NCBI RefSeq assembly: GCF_027532945.1
Contig: NZ_JAPZTZ010000030.1
Location: forward strand, 9,199-73,198
Reading direction: 5' to 3'
Source of the DNA: Phreatobacter sp.
GTDB taxonomy: Bacteria; Pseudomonadota; Alphaproteobacteria; Rhizobiales; Phreatobacteraceae
DNA: 64,000 bases
Positions 48,933 to 59,018 of the stretch are shown piece by piece; positions within the stretch are counted from its first letter, which is position 1, and the number at the start of each line of letters is the position of its first letter. The notes under the pieces were generated by a model that saw nothing but the letters and a program-made list of their open reading frames with translations, made no database searches and was not told the DNA's origin. The position numbers were made by a program, and so were the translations under genes.

Positions 48933-50702
48933 TCAGTGTCCCGCGGCGAGCGTTCCCCGTTGCCGGCTGTCGGATGCCGCGGCCCAGCCGCCCGGCACGG
49001 CCAGGATGGCGTTGACATTGCCGAAGGCCGGTCGCGGCGTAATCTGGTGGCCGCGGGCGGCCAGCAGCCGCAGCGTATCGACCGAAATCCCCTGCTCGAC
49101 GTCGATGGCGTCCGGCATCCACTGGTGATGGATGCGCGGAGCCGCCACCGCCTCGGCGATGTTCATGCCGTGGTCGACCACGTTGAGGATGGTCTGCAGC
49201 GTGATGGTGATGATGCGGCTCCCCCCCGGCGAGCCCGTCACCATCGCCACCTTGCCATCGCGGAACAGGATGGTCGGCGTCATCGACGAGAGCGGCCGCT
49301 TGCCCGGCCCCGGCAGGTTGGCCGCGCCCTGGACCAGGCCGAAGGCGTTCACCGCCCCGGCCTTGGCGGCAAAATCGTCCATCTCGTTGTTGAGGAGGAT
49401 GCCGGTGCCCTCGGCGACGAGGCCGAGGCCGTAGGAGAAGTTCAGCGTGTAGGTGTTGGAGACCGCATTGCCGAAGCGGTCGACCACCGAGAAATGCGTG
49501 GTCTGCTCGCCCTCATGCGGTGCCGGGTCGCCGGCGCGGATAGCTGTGGAGGGCCGCGCACGCTCGGGATCGATGAGAGCGCGAAGCGTCGTCGCATAGG
49601 CCTTGGAGGTCAGGCCGCGCACGGGGATGCGGACGCTGTCGGGGTCGCCGAGAAACTGCGCCCGGTCGGCATAGGCAAGCTTCATCGCCTCCACCATCCA
49701 GTGGATCGTCTCGGCGCTGTTCTGGCCCCTGGCGCCGAGGTCGAGCGGCTCGAGCATGTTGAGCATCTGCACCAGATGGACGCCGCCTGAGGAGGGCGGC
49801 GGCATGGAGGCGAGTGTCCAGCCCTTGTAGGAGCCGCGCACCACCTCGCGGATGACCGGCCGGTAGCTGCGAAAATCCTCCGTCGTCATGATGCCGCCGT
49901 GCTGGGCGAGCGCCGCGACGATGCGGGCCGCCGTCGCGCTCTCGTAGAAGCCGGCCGGGCCCTGCTGGGCGATTGCCTCCAGCGAGCGGGCGAGATCCTC
50001 CTGCACCAGCCGCTCGCCGGGCGCGGGCGCCGAACCATCGGCCTTCAGGAAGATGCGCCGCGAGGAGGGGAAGCGGCCGAGCCGCGCCGCGGCGCGCGGC
50101 AGGGAATCGGCGAGGTCCTCGTCGACGACGATGCCGTCGCGGGCGAGGCGGATGGCCGGGGCGATGAGTTCGGCGAGCGAGAAGCGGCCGGAGCCCCAAC
50201 GCCGGTGCGCCTCGGCGAGGCCTGCCACCGTGCCGGGCACGCCGGCGGCCAGCCCCGAATCGCGGGAGAGGCGCGGGTCCGGTTCGCCATTGGGGCCGAG
50301 GAACATGGTCGGTGTCGCGGCGGCGGGCGCCGTCTCGCGATAGTCGATGGCAACCGTCTCGCCCCGCTCGGCGAGATGGACCAGCATGAAGCCGCCGCCG
50401 CCGAGATTGCCGGCGCGCGGCAGCGTCACCGCCAGGGCGAAGCCCACCGCCACCGCCGCATCAACCGCATTGCCGCCCTGGCGGAGCACCTCGACCCCGA
50501 CGCGCGTCGCCCGCGCCTCCTGGCTCGCCACCATGCCGTTGGCGGCCGTCGCGGGATGGACGCGCGCGCCCTCGGAGATGATGGGCCAGCCCTGCGCAGC
50601 AGAGGGAGAGGCCTGCGCGGCGGCGGGAGGCGGCGTCTGTGCCGTCGCGGGCTGAATGGCGAGGGCGGCGACCACCGCCACCATCCGGAACATCTGTCGC
50701 AT
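48933..50702 (-). CDS. ggt: Gamma-glutamyltransferase
   Basis: Signal peptide, GGNAVDAAVA, IDYRETAP, PPPSSGG, autocleavage site QTTHFSVVD, LNNEMDDF, RPLSSMTP, GSPGGSRI. Start refined to 50702. Confidence 0.95.
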   Translation of the reverse strand: MRQMFRMVAVVAALAIQPATAQTPPPAAAQASPSAAQGWPIISEGARVHPATAANGMVASQEARATRVGVEVLRQGGNAVDAAVAVGFALAVTLPRAGNLGGGGFMLVHLAERGETVAIDYRETAPAAATPTMFLGPNGEPDPRLSRDSGLAAGVPGTVAGLAEAHRRWGSGRFSLAELIAPAIRLARDGIVVDEDLADSLPRAAARLGRFPSSRRIFLKADGSAPAPGERLVQEDLARSLEAIAQQGPAGFYESATAARIVAALAQHGGIMTTEDFRSYRPVIREVVRGSYKGWTLASMPPPSSGGVHLVQMLNMLEPLDLGARGQNSAETIHWMVEAMKLAYADRAQFLGDPDSVRIPVRGLTSKAYATTLRALIDPERARPSTAIRAGDPAPHEGEQTTHFSVVDRFGNAVSNTYTLNFSYGLGLVAEGTGILLNNEMDDFAAKAGAVNAFGLVQGAANLPGPGKRPLSSMTPTILFRDGKVAMVTGSPGGSRIITITLQTILNVVDHGMNIAEAVAAPRIHHQWMPDAIDVEQGISVDTLRLLAARGHQITPRPAFGNVNAILAVPGGWAAASDSRQRGTLAAGH

Positions 50703-50870
50703 GACCCCTCTCATCGGACACTGCGGGTCCTTCGCGTCCCGCATTCCCGTCCCCCTTGTCGCCCCCTTGGCAAGGGCTGGCGGAACCTCATGATGCGACG
50801 GCTCGTGCGAACGAGTCGACCATGTCCGGGCGTCCCCCGGCCCCCCGCAACCCTGCCGAGAAGAACCCTC

Positions 50871-51434
50871 ATGGCTGCCCCGGATCGCCTGCCGCCCATC
50901 CCGCCCGCCGATTACACGCCGGACCAGGAGGCTGCCGCCGCCGATTTCCGCCGCCGCCGCGGCGTCGAGCCCTTCGGCCCCTATGCGCCGCTGATGCGCT
51001 CGCCCAAGGTGATGATCGATGTCGAGGCCCTCGGCCGCCGCCTGCGCTATGGTTCCTGCCTGCCGGAGGATCTGAAGGAGCTCGCCATCTGCCAGGTGGC
51101 GCGGTCCTATTCGCAGCAGTTCGAATGGTCGGTCCACGCCATGGAGGCGGAGAAGGCCGGCGTGTCGAAGGCCATCCTCGCCGCCATCGCCGAGGGCCGC
51201 CGCCCCGACGCCATGAGCGAGGACGAGACGCTGATCCACGATGCGGTGGCCGAACTCATCACGACGAAGCGCTGGTCGGATACAACCTATGCCCGCATCG
51301 TCGCCCGCCACGGCGAACAGGGGGCGGTGGAGATCCCGACCCTCGTCGGCATCTATTCCCTGCTCGCCCTCGTACTGAACGTCGGCCGCACGCCGGCCGA
51401 CGGCGCCGAGGGCCTCGCCCGCTGGCCCGAATAA
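50871..51434 (+). CDS. Carboxymuconolactone decarboxylase/AhpD-like protein
   Basis: GPYAPLMRSP, LKELAIC.VAR, EWSVH, KRWSDTTY, VGIY; no CxxC. Confidence 0.8.
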   Translation: MAAPDRLPPIPPADYTPDQEAAAADFRRRRGVEPFGPYAPLMRSPKVMIDVEALGRRLRYGSCLPEDLKELAICQVARSYSQQFEWSVHAMEAEKAGVSKAILAAIAEGRRPDAMSEDETLIHDAVAELITTKRWSDTTYARIVARHGEQGAVEIPTLVGIYSLLALVLNVGRTPADGAEGLARWPE

Positions 51435-51550
51435 CAGTGCATCGCCGTCGCGGGGGCGGCTCTGATCCCCCCGCGCCTGCCGTCTCCGCCCCGGCGGAGG
51501 CGGTCCCCTGAAGGTTCCCGCCAATGCTCCCCCCGGTCCCCACCTCCGAC

Positions 51551-52918
51551 ATGGCGCCGCGCCAGGCCGCGCCGCGCTCGGCTGTCGCCGGCTGGGTGCT
51601 GTTCGACTGGGCGGCGCAGCCCTATTTCACCCTCATCAACACCTTCGTCTATGCGCCCTTCTTCGCCAGCGCCGTGGCCGCGAATCCGGTCGAGGGCCAG
51701 GCGATGTGGGGCTTCGCGACGAGCGCCGCTGGCGTCGCCATCGCGGTGCTCTCGCCGGTCCTCGGCGCCATTGCCGACGCCTCCGGCCGGCGCAAGCCCT
51801 GGATCGCCGCCTTCGGCCTGCTGCTGGTGATCGGCGCGAGCCTGCTCTGGCTGGGAAAGCCCGGTGCGCCGGAAACGGTGGCCATCGTCCTCGTCGCGTT
51901 CATCATCGCCACGATCGGCGCCGAATTCGCCACCGTCTTCAACAATTCGATGATGCCCTCGCTGGTGCCGCCGGAGCGCATCGGCCGGCTCTCCGGCCTC
52001 GGCTGGGCAGTGGGCTATGTCGGCGGCATGGTCTCGCTGATCTTCATGCTCGGCTTCCTCGTGGCGAGCCCCGAGACCGGCCGCACCCTGATCGGCTTCT
52101 CCCCGCTCTTCGGGCTCGATGCAGGGGCGCGCGAGGGCGACCGCGCCGCAGGTCCGCTCACAGCCCTCTGGTTCATTGTTTTCGTCATCCCGCTCTTCCT
52201 CTTCACCCCCGACGCGCCGGCCCGCATGGGCATGGCGGCGGCGGTGAAGGCGGGCTGCACGGGGCTGAAGGCGACCCTTACCGAGGTCCATCGCCACCGC
52301 AACGTCATGACCTTCCTCATCGCCAACATGATCTACATGGACGGCCTCGTGGCGCTTTTCGCCCTCGGCGGCATCTATGCGGCCGGCGTCTTCGGCTGGA
52401 CCACCATCGAGATCGGCCTTTTCGGCATCCTGCTCACCATCACCGGCACGGCCGGTGCGCTGATCGGCGGTCGGCTCGACGACACGCTCGGCTCGAAGCC
52501 GGTCATTCTCGGCTCCATCGCCGTGCTGACCTTTTCGGTGGTGACGATCCTGCTCATTGGCCGCGACCACCTGCTCTTCATCTTCGCGACGACGCCTCCC
52601 GCCCCCGGTGACGGGCTCTTCGCCACCGCGCCGGAGCAGGTCTATCTGGTGCTCGGTGGACTGATCGGCGCTGCGGCCGGGCCGTTGCAGGCGGCCTCGC
52701 GGTCGCTGCTGGTGCGCCTCGCACCGCAAGACAAGATCGGCCAGTTCTTCGGGCTCTTCGCGCTGTCGGGCAAGGTCACGGCCTTCGTCGGCCCGTTCCT
52801 CGCGAGCGTCGTCACCCTGGCCCTGAACGACCAGCGCGCCGGGCTCGGCGTGCTGGCCTTCATGTTCCTGATCGGCGCGACGATCCTGTCCTTCGTGCGG
52901 ACCAGGGCGCCGGCCTGA
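51551..52918 (+). CDS. MFS transporter (UMF1/Atg22-like)
   Basis: GWVLFDWAAQPYFT, LGAIADASGRRK, about 12 TM segments, QAASRSLL, FFGLFAL. Confidence 0.88.
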   Translation: MAPRQAAPRSAVAGWVLFDWAAQPYFTLINTFVYAPFFASAVAANPVEGQAMWGFATSAAGVAIAVLSPVLGAIADASGRRKPWIAAFGLLLVIGASLLWLGKPGAPETVAIVLVAFIIATIGAEFATVFNNSMMPSLVPPERIGRLSGLGWAVGYVGGMVSLIFMLGFLVASPETGRTLIGFSPLFGLDAGAREGDRAAGPLTALWFIVFVIPLFLFTPDAPARMGMAAAVKAGCTGLKATLTEVHRHRNVMTFLIANMIYMDGLVALFALGGIYAAGVFGWTTIEIGLFGILLTITGTAGALIGGRLDDTLGSKPVILGSIAVLTFSVVTILLIGRDHLLFIFATTPPAPGDGLFATAPEQVYLVLGGLIGAAAGPLQAASRSLLVRLAPQDKIGQFFGLFALSGKVTAFVGPFLASVVTLALNDQRAGLGVLAFMFLIGATILSFVRTRAPA

Positions 52919-52921
52919 CGC

Positions 52922-53305
52922 TCAGCGCTGGCCCCAGGGCGGCACCGAGCCGCCATAGCCGGCAGGCGACGGGGCCGGCTGGCCGAGCGCCATCTCCACG
53001 GTCACCGCCGTGCCGGACGCCGAGACCATCAGCATGGACTTGCCAAGGGTCTCGTAGTCGATGTCGATGCCGACAATGGCATTGGCGCCGAGCCGCTGCG
53101 CCTCCGACATCATTTCCTGGAAGGCCGTGTTGCGCGCATCCCGCAGCACGGTCTCATAGGACCCCGCCCGGCCGCCGACGATGTCGCGGATCGAGGCGAA
53201 GAAGTCGCGGAAAATGTTCGCACCGAGGATCACCTCGCCGGTGACGATGCCGTTGTAGCGGATGATCCGGCCGCCCTCTAGGGTCGGGGTCGTGGAAAGC
53301 AGCAT
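52922..53305 (-). CDS. YbjQ/UPF0145 family protein
   Basis: [57 protein letters not shown]. Confidence 0.9.
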   Translation of the reverse strand: MLLSTTPTLEGGRIIRYNGIVTGEVILGANIFRDFFASIRDIVGGRAGSYETVLRDARNTAFQEMMSEAQRLGANAIVGIDIDYETLGKSMLMVSASGTAVTVEMALGQPAPSPAGYGGSVPPWGQR

Positions 53306-53351
53306 CTGAAGGGGTCTCCGAGTCGCCCGTGGAGAATGTAGGCATTCCCCC

Positions 53352-54950
53352 TCAGTGCCGGAAGTGGCGAACCCCGGTGAAGACCATGGCGAGGCCGGCG
53401 GCATCCGCCGCGTCGATGACCTCCTGGTCGCGCATCGAGCCGCCCGGCTGGATCACCGCCGTGGCGCCCGCCTCGACGGCGGCCAGCAGGCCGTCGGCGA
53501 AGGGGAAGAAGGCATCCGAGGCCACCACCGAGCCCTTGGTCAGCGGCACGGCCCAGCCGCCGGCCTCCGCCGCGTCCTGCGCCTTGCGGGCAGCGATCCG
53601 GGCGGAATCGACGCGGCTCATCTGGCCGGCGCCGATGCCCACGGTCGCGCCGTCCTTGGCATAGACGATGGTGTTGGACTTCACGTGCTTGGCGACGCGG
53701 AAGGCGAAGCGCAGGTCGGTGAGCTCCTGCGCGGTCGGGGCGCGCTTGGTCACGACCTTGAGGTCCATGGCGTCAACCACGGCATTGTCGCGCGACTGCA
53801 CGAGCAGGCCGCCGGCGACACTCTTGACGATGACGCCCGGCGCCTTCGGGTCCGGCAGGCCGCCAGCGATGAGCAGGCGCAGGTTCTTCTTCGCCGCGAC
53901 GATGGCCTTGGCCTCCTCGGTGGCGTCGGGGGCGATGATCACCTCGGTGAAGATCTCGACGATCTTGCGGGCGGCTTCCGCGTCGAGCGTGCGGTTCAGC
54001 GCGACGATGCCGCCGAAGGCCGAGACGGGATCGCAGGCGAGCGCCTTCTCATAGGCTGCCAGCAGATCCGGCCCCTCGGCGACGCCGCACGGGTTGGCGT
54101 GCTTGATGATGGCCACCGCCGCGCTGCGGGCGGGATCGAACTCGCCGACCAGCTCATAGGCCGCATCGGTGTCGTTGAGGTTGTTGTAGGAGAGCTCCTT
54201 GCCCTGGAGCTGGCGGATCGTGGCGACGCCCGGCCGGGGGTTGGCCCCCTGCGCCGTCTTGTAGAACGCCGCCCACTGGTGCGGGTTCTCGCCATAGCGC
54301 AGCGATTGGGCGAGCGTGCCACCGAAGGCGCGCGAGGGCGTTGCGGTTTCGCCAAGCTGCTCGAAGAGCCAGGTGGAGATCGCCGCATCATAGGCCGCGG
54401 TGCGGGCATAGGCCTTGGCGGCAAGGCGGCGGCGCAGGTCGAGCGTCGTCGCGCCGCCATGGGCGCGCATGGCCTCCAGCACCGGCGCATAGTCGGCGCC
54501 GTCCACCACCACGGTCACGGCGTCGTGGTTCTTGGACGCCGCGCGGATCATGGCGGGGCCGCCGATGTCGATATTCTCGATCGTGTCCTCCCACGAGGCG
54601 CCGCGGGCAATCGTCGCCTCGAAGGGGTAGAGATTCACCACCAGAAGGTCGATCGGCAGGATGCCGTGGGCCTTCGCCGCGCCCTCGTGCTCTTCATTGC
54701 CGCGAATGGCGAGCAGGCCGCCATGCACCTTCGGGTGCAGCGTCTTCACCCGGCCGTCCATCATCTCAGGGAAGCCGGTGAGCTCGGCCACCTCGGTCAC
54801 CGCGAGGCCAGAATCCTTCAGCGTCTTGTAGGTGCCACCGGTGGAGACGAGCGCCACGCCGAGATCGGCGAGGGAGCGGGCGAAATCGACGATCCCCGTC
54901 TTGTCCGACACGGAGAGGAGGGCACGGGAAACGGGACGGTCGGTCGACAA
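53352..54950 (-). CDS. purH: Bifunctional AICAR transformylase/IMP cyclohydrolase
   Basis: [53 protein letters not shown]. Likely TTG start at 54950 (GGAG RBS). Confidence 0.97.
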   Translation of the reverse strand: MSTDRPVSRALLSVSDKTGIVDFARSLADLGVALVSTGGTYKTLKDSGLAVTEVAELTGFPEMMDGRVKTLHPKVHGGLLAIRGNEEHEGAAKAHGILPIDLLVVNLYPFEATIARGASWEDTIENIDIGGPAMIRAASKNHDAVTVVVDGADYAPVLEAMRAHGGATTLDLRRRLAAKAYARTAAYDAAISTWLFEQLGETATPSRAFGGTLAQSLRYGENPHQWAAFYKTAQGANPRPGVATIRQLQGKELSYNNLNDTDAAYELVGEFDPARSAAVAIIKHANPCGVAEGPDLLAAYEKALACDPVSAFGGIVALNRTLDAEAARKIVEIFTEVIIAPDATEEAKAIVAAKKNLRLLIAGGLPDPKAPGVIVKSVAGGLLVQSRDNAVVDAMDLKVVTKRAPTAQELTDLRFAFRVAKHVKSNTIVYAKDGATVGIGAGQMSRVDSARIAARKAQDAAEAGGWAVPLTKGSVVASDAFFPFADGLLAAVEAGATAVIQPGGSMRDQEVIDAADAAGLAMVFTGVRHFRH

Positions 54951-55028
54951 GGCGATGGCTCCGGCAGCGGCGGGGGATGCCGCGCGCTCTAGCACGGTCA
55001 AGGCCGCGCCGAAACCGTGTTTGCACCC

Positions 55029-56711
55029 TCACCCGAGCGGCAATTCCGGTTCGGGGAGCGGCTCGGTGCGCTTGTGCGGCCGCTCGAGCTTCTGGAAGGC
55101 CCAGGCGACGGCCGGCACGGCCGCCGAGGAGGCGACGGCGACGACGATCTGCTGCGCCCGACGCGGGCCTTCGGCCTGGGCGAGGGCGACGCTCTCCTCG
55201 ATGGCGACCGGCTGGTTGGCGACAAAACGCCAGCCATCGCCGCCCGGCAGGCGCAGCAGCGCCGCCTGGGGATGCTCGGTCGGGATGACCTCCACGGCCG
55301 GATGGAGATGGAAGCGCAGCACATAGGGCTGGTCGGCGCCCTCGATGCGGTCCTCGCCGGCAAGGCGGTCGCCGGTCGCGGCGAGGTCCAGCCGACGGGC
55401 ATGGATGACGCCGAGGCGCCCGCGATAGCCGTCATGGCGCGCGGTGAGCGTCTGGCCGCGTCGCTCGCGCGTCACCGGACCCGGACCCGACAGGACGAGG
55501 CCCTCCGACCAGATGCCGGAGCCGATCCTGAGCATGGAGCGGTTGGCGACGGAGACGGTGGAATGCGCCGCCGTCTTGCGCGCATCCATCCGCCAGGTGG
55601 CCTTCAGGATGGGCGGCACGCCGCAATTGACGACGATGAGATCGCGGCCGGCGGAGAACTCGAAGGACAGGCAACCGGCATGGGCCTCGCCGCTGTAGCG
55701 CGCTGGCGGCGGCGCGCCGGCATCGACCAGCACGATGGCGGGTCCCGCCTCCAGCCGCTCATAGCCGCCATGGCCGGCCGAGAGCGGGGCCGTGCCGCGC
55801 GTATCGTCATAGACGAGGGCGGTCGCCACCTGATCGATGGCGGTCGGGCCCATGCCGTTGAACCGCGCGAGCGTGCCGTCGCCGAGCTGGAAGAAGCGGA
55901 TCATCGGCATCATCCGGTCGACCGCCGTGACAATGGCCGCGGGCGGCGTGGCATTGCGGGCCGGGAAAAGCTGGCGCAGCGGCAGGAGGTCGAGGATCAG
56001 CCCGACGATGATGCCGGGATGGCGGCTGACATGGCAGCCGTCTGGCAGGATCTGCGTCTGGAGCTCCTCCCCGAGCAGGCGCGAGGCCCGGGCGAGGAGC
56101 TTTTCCTCGCCGCTCATGCAGAGCGCGGCGGTGACAAGGGCGATCAGCACCGCAAGGCGGTCCTTGCCCGGCGGAACGCGCGGCAACCGCGCCTCGAGGT
56201 CGCGCACCTGCCGCCAGAGCGACCGGCTGAAGCGACGGTAGAAGGCCTGGTCGGCATCGGTGAGGAGCAGGCCGGAGGCACCGATGAAGGCGCGGATCCG
56301 TTCGGCCGCCACCGTGTCCGCCCGCCCGGCCGGATGCTGGCGCCCCTCTGCCGCGATCCAGGTGAGGACGAGGCGTCGCCCCGCTTCCGCCGCCTCGGGC
56401 GTTCCGGCGGCGCGCAGGTGCCGCAGCCAGGAGAAGGTGGCGAGGGACTCGGCCCAGTCCTCGCTCGGCGGCGTCACGCCGAAGGGATCGGCCGCCTCCA
56501 CCGTGCGGCCGGCAAAGGTGAAGATGCCGGCGGCGAGCTCATCGGCGCGAACGGGATCGGTGGTGCGCAGGTCCTGCGGCACGAGGATGACGGCCGGCGC
56601 CCGGCTGGCGCCGAGGCTGACGCGCAGGCGGCCGGGCCAGGTGAGCAGGCTCGCGGCCGCGCGCCGGCCAGCCGCAAAGCCGAGCCCGACGGCGATCCGC
56701 CGTTCCCTCAT
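55029..56711 (-). CDS. Heparinase II/III family protein
   Basis: FSWLRHL, LPDGCHVSRHP, DGTLARFNG, AHAGCLSFEFS, AAHST, HDGY, RFHLHP. Start uncertain (56711 or 56771). Confidence 0.82.
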   Translation of the reverse strand: MRERRIAVGLGFAAGRRAAASLLTWPGRLRVSLGASRAPAVILVPQDLRTTDPVRADELAAGIFTFAGRTVEAADPFGVTPPSEDWAESLATFSWLRHLRAAGTPEAAEAGRRLVLTWIAAEGRQHPAGRADTVAAERIRAFIGASGLLLTDADQAFYRRFSRSLWRQVRDLEARLPRVPPGKDRLAVLIALVTAALCMSGEEKLLARASRLLGEELQTQILPDGCHVSRHPGIIVGLILDLLPLRQLFPARNATPPAAIVTAVDRMMPMIRFFQLGDGTLARFNGMGPTAIDQVATALVYDDTRGTAPLSAGHGGYERLEAGPAIVLVDAGAPPPARYSGEAHAGCLSFEFSAGRDLIVVNCGVPPILKATWRMDARKTAAHSTVSVANRSMLRIGSGIWSEGLVLSGPGPVTRERRGQTLTARHDGYRGRLGVIHARRLDLAATGDRLAGEDRIEGADQPYVLRFHLHPAVEVIPTEHPQAALLRLPGGDGWRFVANQPVAIEESVALAQAEGPRRAQQIVVAVASSAAVPAVAWAFQKLERPHKRTEPLPEPELPLG

Positions 56712-56811
56712 CCACCGCCGCCAGGCCCCGCTCAATCCCTCACGCCCCCGGTCATTGCCCTCGGGCCGCATCCCTCACCGGGCCCGTTACGACCATCAAG
56801 CCACAGCCGGA

Positions 56812-56830
56812 TTTCCAAGCCATTAACCAT
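56812..56830. promoter_or_regulatory. CtrA extended half-site between the divergent heparinase-like and DUF3108 genes
   Basis: TTAACCAT at 56823-56830; the full-site reading TTTC-N7-TTAAC has 2 mismatches. Confidence 0.45.
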
Positions 56831-56894
56831 TTCCGGGTTTGATGCAGATCGTGCTGGCCGGCCCGTCCGACCAGTGGTTCTGGAGTTTGTGCCC

Positions 56895-57707
56895 GTGTCC
56901 CGATCGACCCTGCCCGTCGCAGCCGCGCTCGCCGGCCTGATCGCCCTGCCGGCCGCGGCCGAGGAGCGGGTCTCCGGCCGCTACGAGATCCTCATCGGCG
57001 GCCTACAGGTCGGCGTCGCCGGTTTCGAGGGCCGCCTGTCCGACGAGGCCTACCAGGCCTCGGTCTCGCTGCGCCTGTCCGGCGTCTCCCGCGTCATCGC
57101 CTCGGGCCGCGGGGCGGCCTCCGCCTCGGGCCGCATCGCCAGCGGCCGCGCCGTGCCTGCCGCCTACCAGCTGAACCTCACCACCACCCAGCAGAACGAC
57201 GCGATCCGCATGGCCATGGCCGGCGGTTCCGTGCGCTCCCATTCGGCCGAGCCGCAGCGTCCCGACGCGCCCGACCAGGTGCCGCTCACCGCCGCCCATC
57301 GCCAGGGCGTGCTTGACCCGCTCTCGGCCGGCTTCTTCTTCGTTCCCGGCTCCGGCCCGCTGGTCTCGGCCGAGGCCTGTGCCAAGACCTTCCCGGTCTT
57401 CGACGGCCGCCAGCGCTACGACCTCTCCTTCTCCTATGCCCGCACCGAACCGCTGAAGGTCGCGGGCTATGACGGTCCCGCCGTCGTCTGCAACGCCCGC
57501 TACCGGCCGATCGCCGGCCACCGGCCCGCGGTCACCGCGCCGATGGAGGCGAACCGCGACATGCAGATCTGGCTGGCCCCGGTCGCCGGCACCCGCGCCC
57601 TCGTCCCCGCTCGCATCGCCATCCGCACGCCGGTGGGCATGGCGCAGATCGAGCCGACCCGCCTCGACCTCGGCGCCCCGGCCACCACGGCCTCGGTCCG
57701 CGAGTAA
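56895..57707 (+). CDS. DUF3108 domain-containing exported protein
   Basis: GTG start with TGGAG RBS, signal peptide, VLDPLSA, PVFDGRQRYDL, YRPIAGH, QIWLAP..LVP.RI. Confidence 0.78.
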   Translation: MSRSTLPVAAALAGLIALPAAAEERVSGRYEILIGGLQVGVAGFEGRLSDEAYQASVSLRLSGVSRVIASGRGAASASGRIASGRAVPAAYQLNLTTTQQNDAIRMAMAGGSVRSHSAEPQRPDAPDQVPLTAAHRQGVLDPLSAGFFFVPGSGPLVSAEACAKTFPVFDGRQRYDLSFSYARTEPLKVAGYDGPAVVCNARYRPIAGHRPAVTAPMEANRDMQIWLAPVAGTRALVPARIAIRTPVGMAQIEPTRLDLGAPATTASVRE

Positions 57708-57729
57708 ACGGCCCAGGCCTTCAGCAAAC

Positions 57730-57746
57730 TGCACATTTGTTGCGCA
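57730..57746. promoter_or_regulatory. Putative NtrC site
   Basis: TGCAC-ATTTGTT-GCGCA (1 mismatch to TGCAC-N7-GTGCA). Confidence 0.65.
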
Positions 57747-57786
57747 GAATTGTCGCGGGGCGACAGATTCAGGTTGCCGTCCCTTG

Positions 57787-57802
57787 CGGCATGGTCTTTG
57801 CT
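57787..57802 (+). promoter_or_regulatory. sigma54 promoter of the second NMT1-type ABC operon
   Basis: CGGCATG-GTCT-TTGCT with GG-N10-GC spacing. Confidence 0.7.
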
Positions 57803-57905
57803 GCCCAGGCAGTGAGACGGTGTCCGGCCAGGTGTGGCCGGGAACACCTCGGCCACGCCGCCGGCTCAGGCCCCGACAACCCGCGACCGCCCAGAAGGCC
57901 CGTCC

Positions 57906-58955
57906 ATGACCGAGTTCCGCTTTCGTCCGACCCGCCGCGACACCCTGAAGCTCGCCGGCGCCGCCTCCCTTGCCTCGCTGTTCGCCCCCGCCGTCCACGC
58001 CCAGGCCACGACCAATGTGCGCTTCACGCTGGACTGGCGCTTCGAGGGTCCCTCGGCGCTGTTCCTCACCGCGCTGGAGAAGGGTCATTTCCGGGCCGAG
58101 GGCCTGAACGTCACCATCGACGCCGCCTCCGGCTCGCGCGAGGGCGTCACCCGCGTCGCCTCGGGCACCTATGACATCGGCTTCGGCGACATCAACTCGA
58201 TGATCCGCTTCCGCGACGAGAACCCGACGGTCGACCTCAAGGCGAACATGATCGTCTATGACCGCCCGCCCTTCGCCATCGTCGGCCGCAAGTCGCGTGG
58301 CATCACCACCGACGTGAAGAGCCTCGAGGGCAAGAAGTTCGGCGCCCCGGCCCCTGATGCCGCCTATGCGCAGTGGCCGATCTTCAAGGCGGTGAACAAG
58401 CTCGACGATTCCAAGATGCGCTTTGAGAATGTCGGCTTCCCCGTCCGCGAGCCCATGCTGGCCTCGGGCGAGGTGGACGCGATCTTCGGCTTTGCCAATT
58501 CCTCCTTCATCAACCTCAAGTCGCGCGGCGTGCCGGAGAACGACATCGTCGTGCTGCACATGTACGACTACGGCGTCGAGCTCTATGGCAACGCCATCAT
58601 GGCGAGCCCCGGCTTCCTCGCCGCCAACCGCGGCGCGGTGGCGGCCTTCAACCGCGGCCTCGTCAAGGGCATCCGCGAGTGCATCGCCGACCAGGGCGCC
58701 GGCGCCCGGCTGGTCGTCGCCCGCAACGACGTCGCCCGCCTCGAGACCGAGACCGAGCGGCTGAAGATGACCATCGACAATTATGTGCTGTCGCCCTGGG
58801 TCAAGGCCAACGGCATCGGCGGCATCGACCCGGCTCGCATGGCCACCGCCATCGACCAGATCGGCCTGACCTTCACCTTCAAGAACAAGCCGAAGGTCGA
58901 GGACGTCTTCATCACCGACCTGCTGCCCGCCGCTGCCGACCGCAAGGTGGCCTGA
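57906..58955 (+). CDS. NMT1/THI5-like ABC substrate-binding protein (paralog 2)
   Basis: Tat-like [37 protein letters not shown]. Start refined to 57906. Confidence 0.87.
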   Translation: MTEFRFRPTRRDTLKLAGAASLASLFAPAVHAQATTNVRFTLDWRFEGPSALFLTALEKGHFRAEGLNVTIDAASGSREGVTRVASGTYDIGFGDINSMIRFRDENPTVDLKANMIVYDRPPFAIVGRKSRGITTDVKSLEGKKFGAPAPDAAYAQWPIFKAVNKLDDSKMRFENVGFPVREPMLASGEVDAIFGFANSSFINLKSRGVPENDIVVLHMYDYGVELYGNAIMASPGFLAANRGAVAAFNRGLVKGIRECIADQGAGARLVVARNDVARLETETERLKMTIDNYVLSPWVKANGIGGIDPARMATAIDQIGLTFTFKNKPKVEDVFITDLLPAAADRKVA

Positions 58956-58977
58956 GGCTTGCTACGCCTTTGAGTTG

Positions 58978-58997
58978 CGGGGGCGCTCGCGCCCCCG
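58978..58997 (+). other. Intra-operon hairpin after the SBP gene
   Basis: CGGGGGCG-CTCG-CGCCCCCG, weak T tail; probably an mRNA stabiliser or partial terminator. Confidence 0.55.
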
Positions 58998-59018
58998 TTC
59001 CCTCCCCATGCGGCAGCG

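Noticed and set aside
54951-55028. ZTP (pfl) riboswitch upstream of purH
   Set aside because: Leader is only ~35 nt after a plausible -10 (GCTAGAG); no room and no conserved motif.
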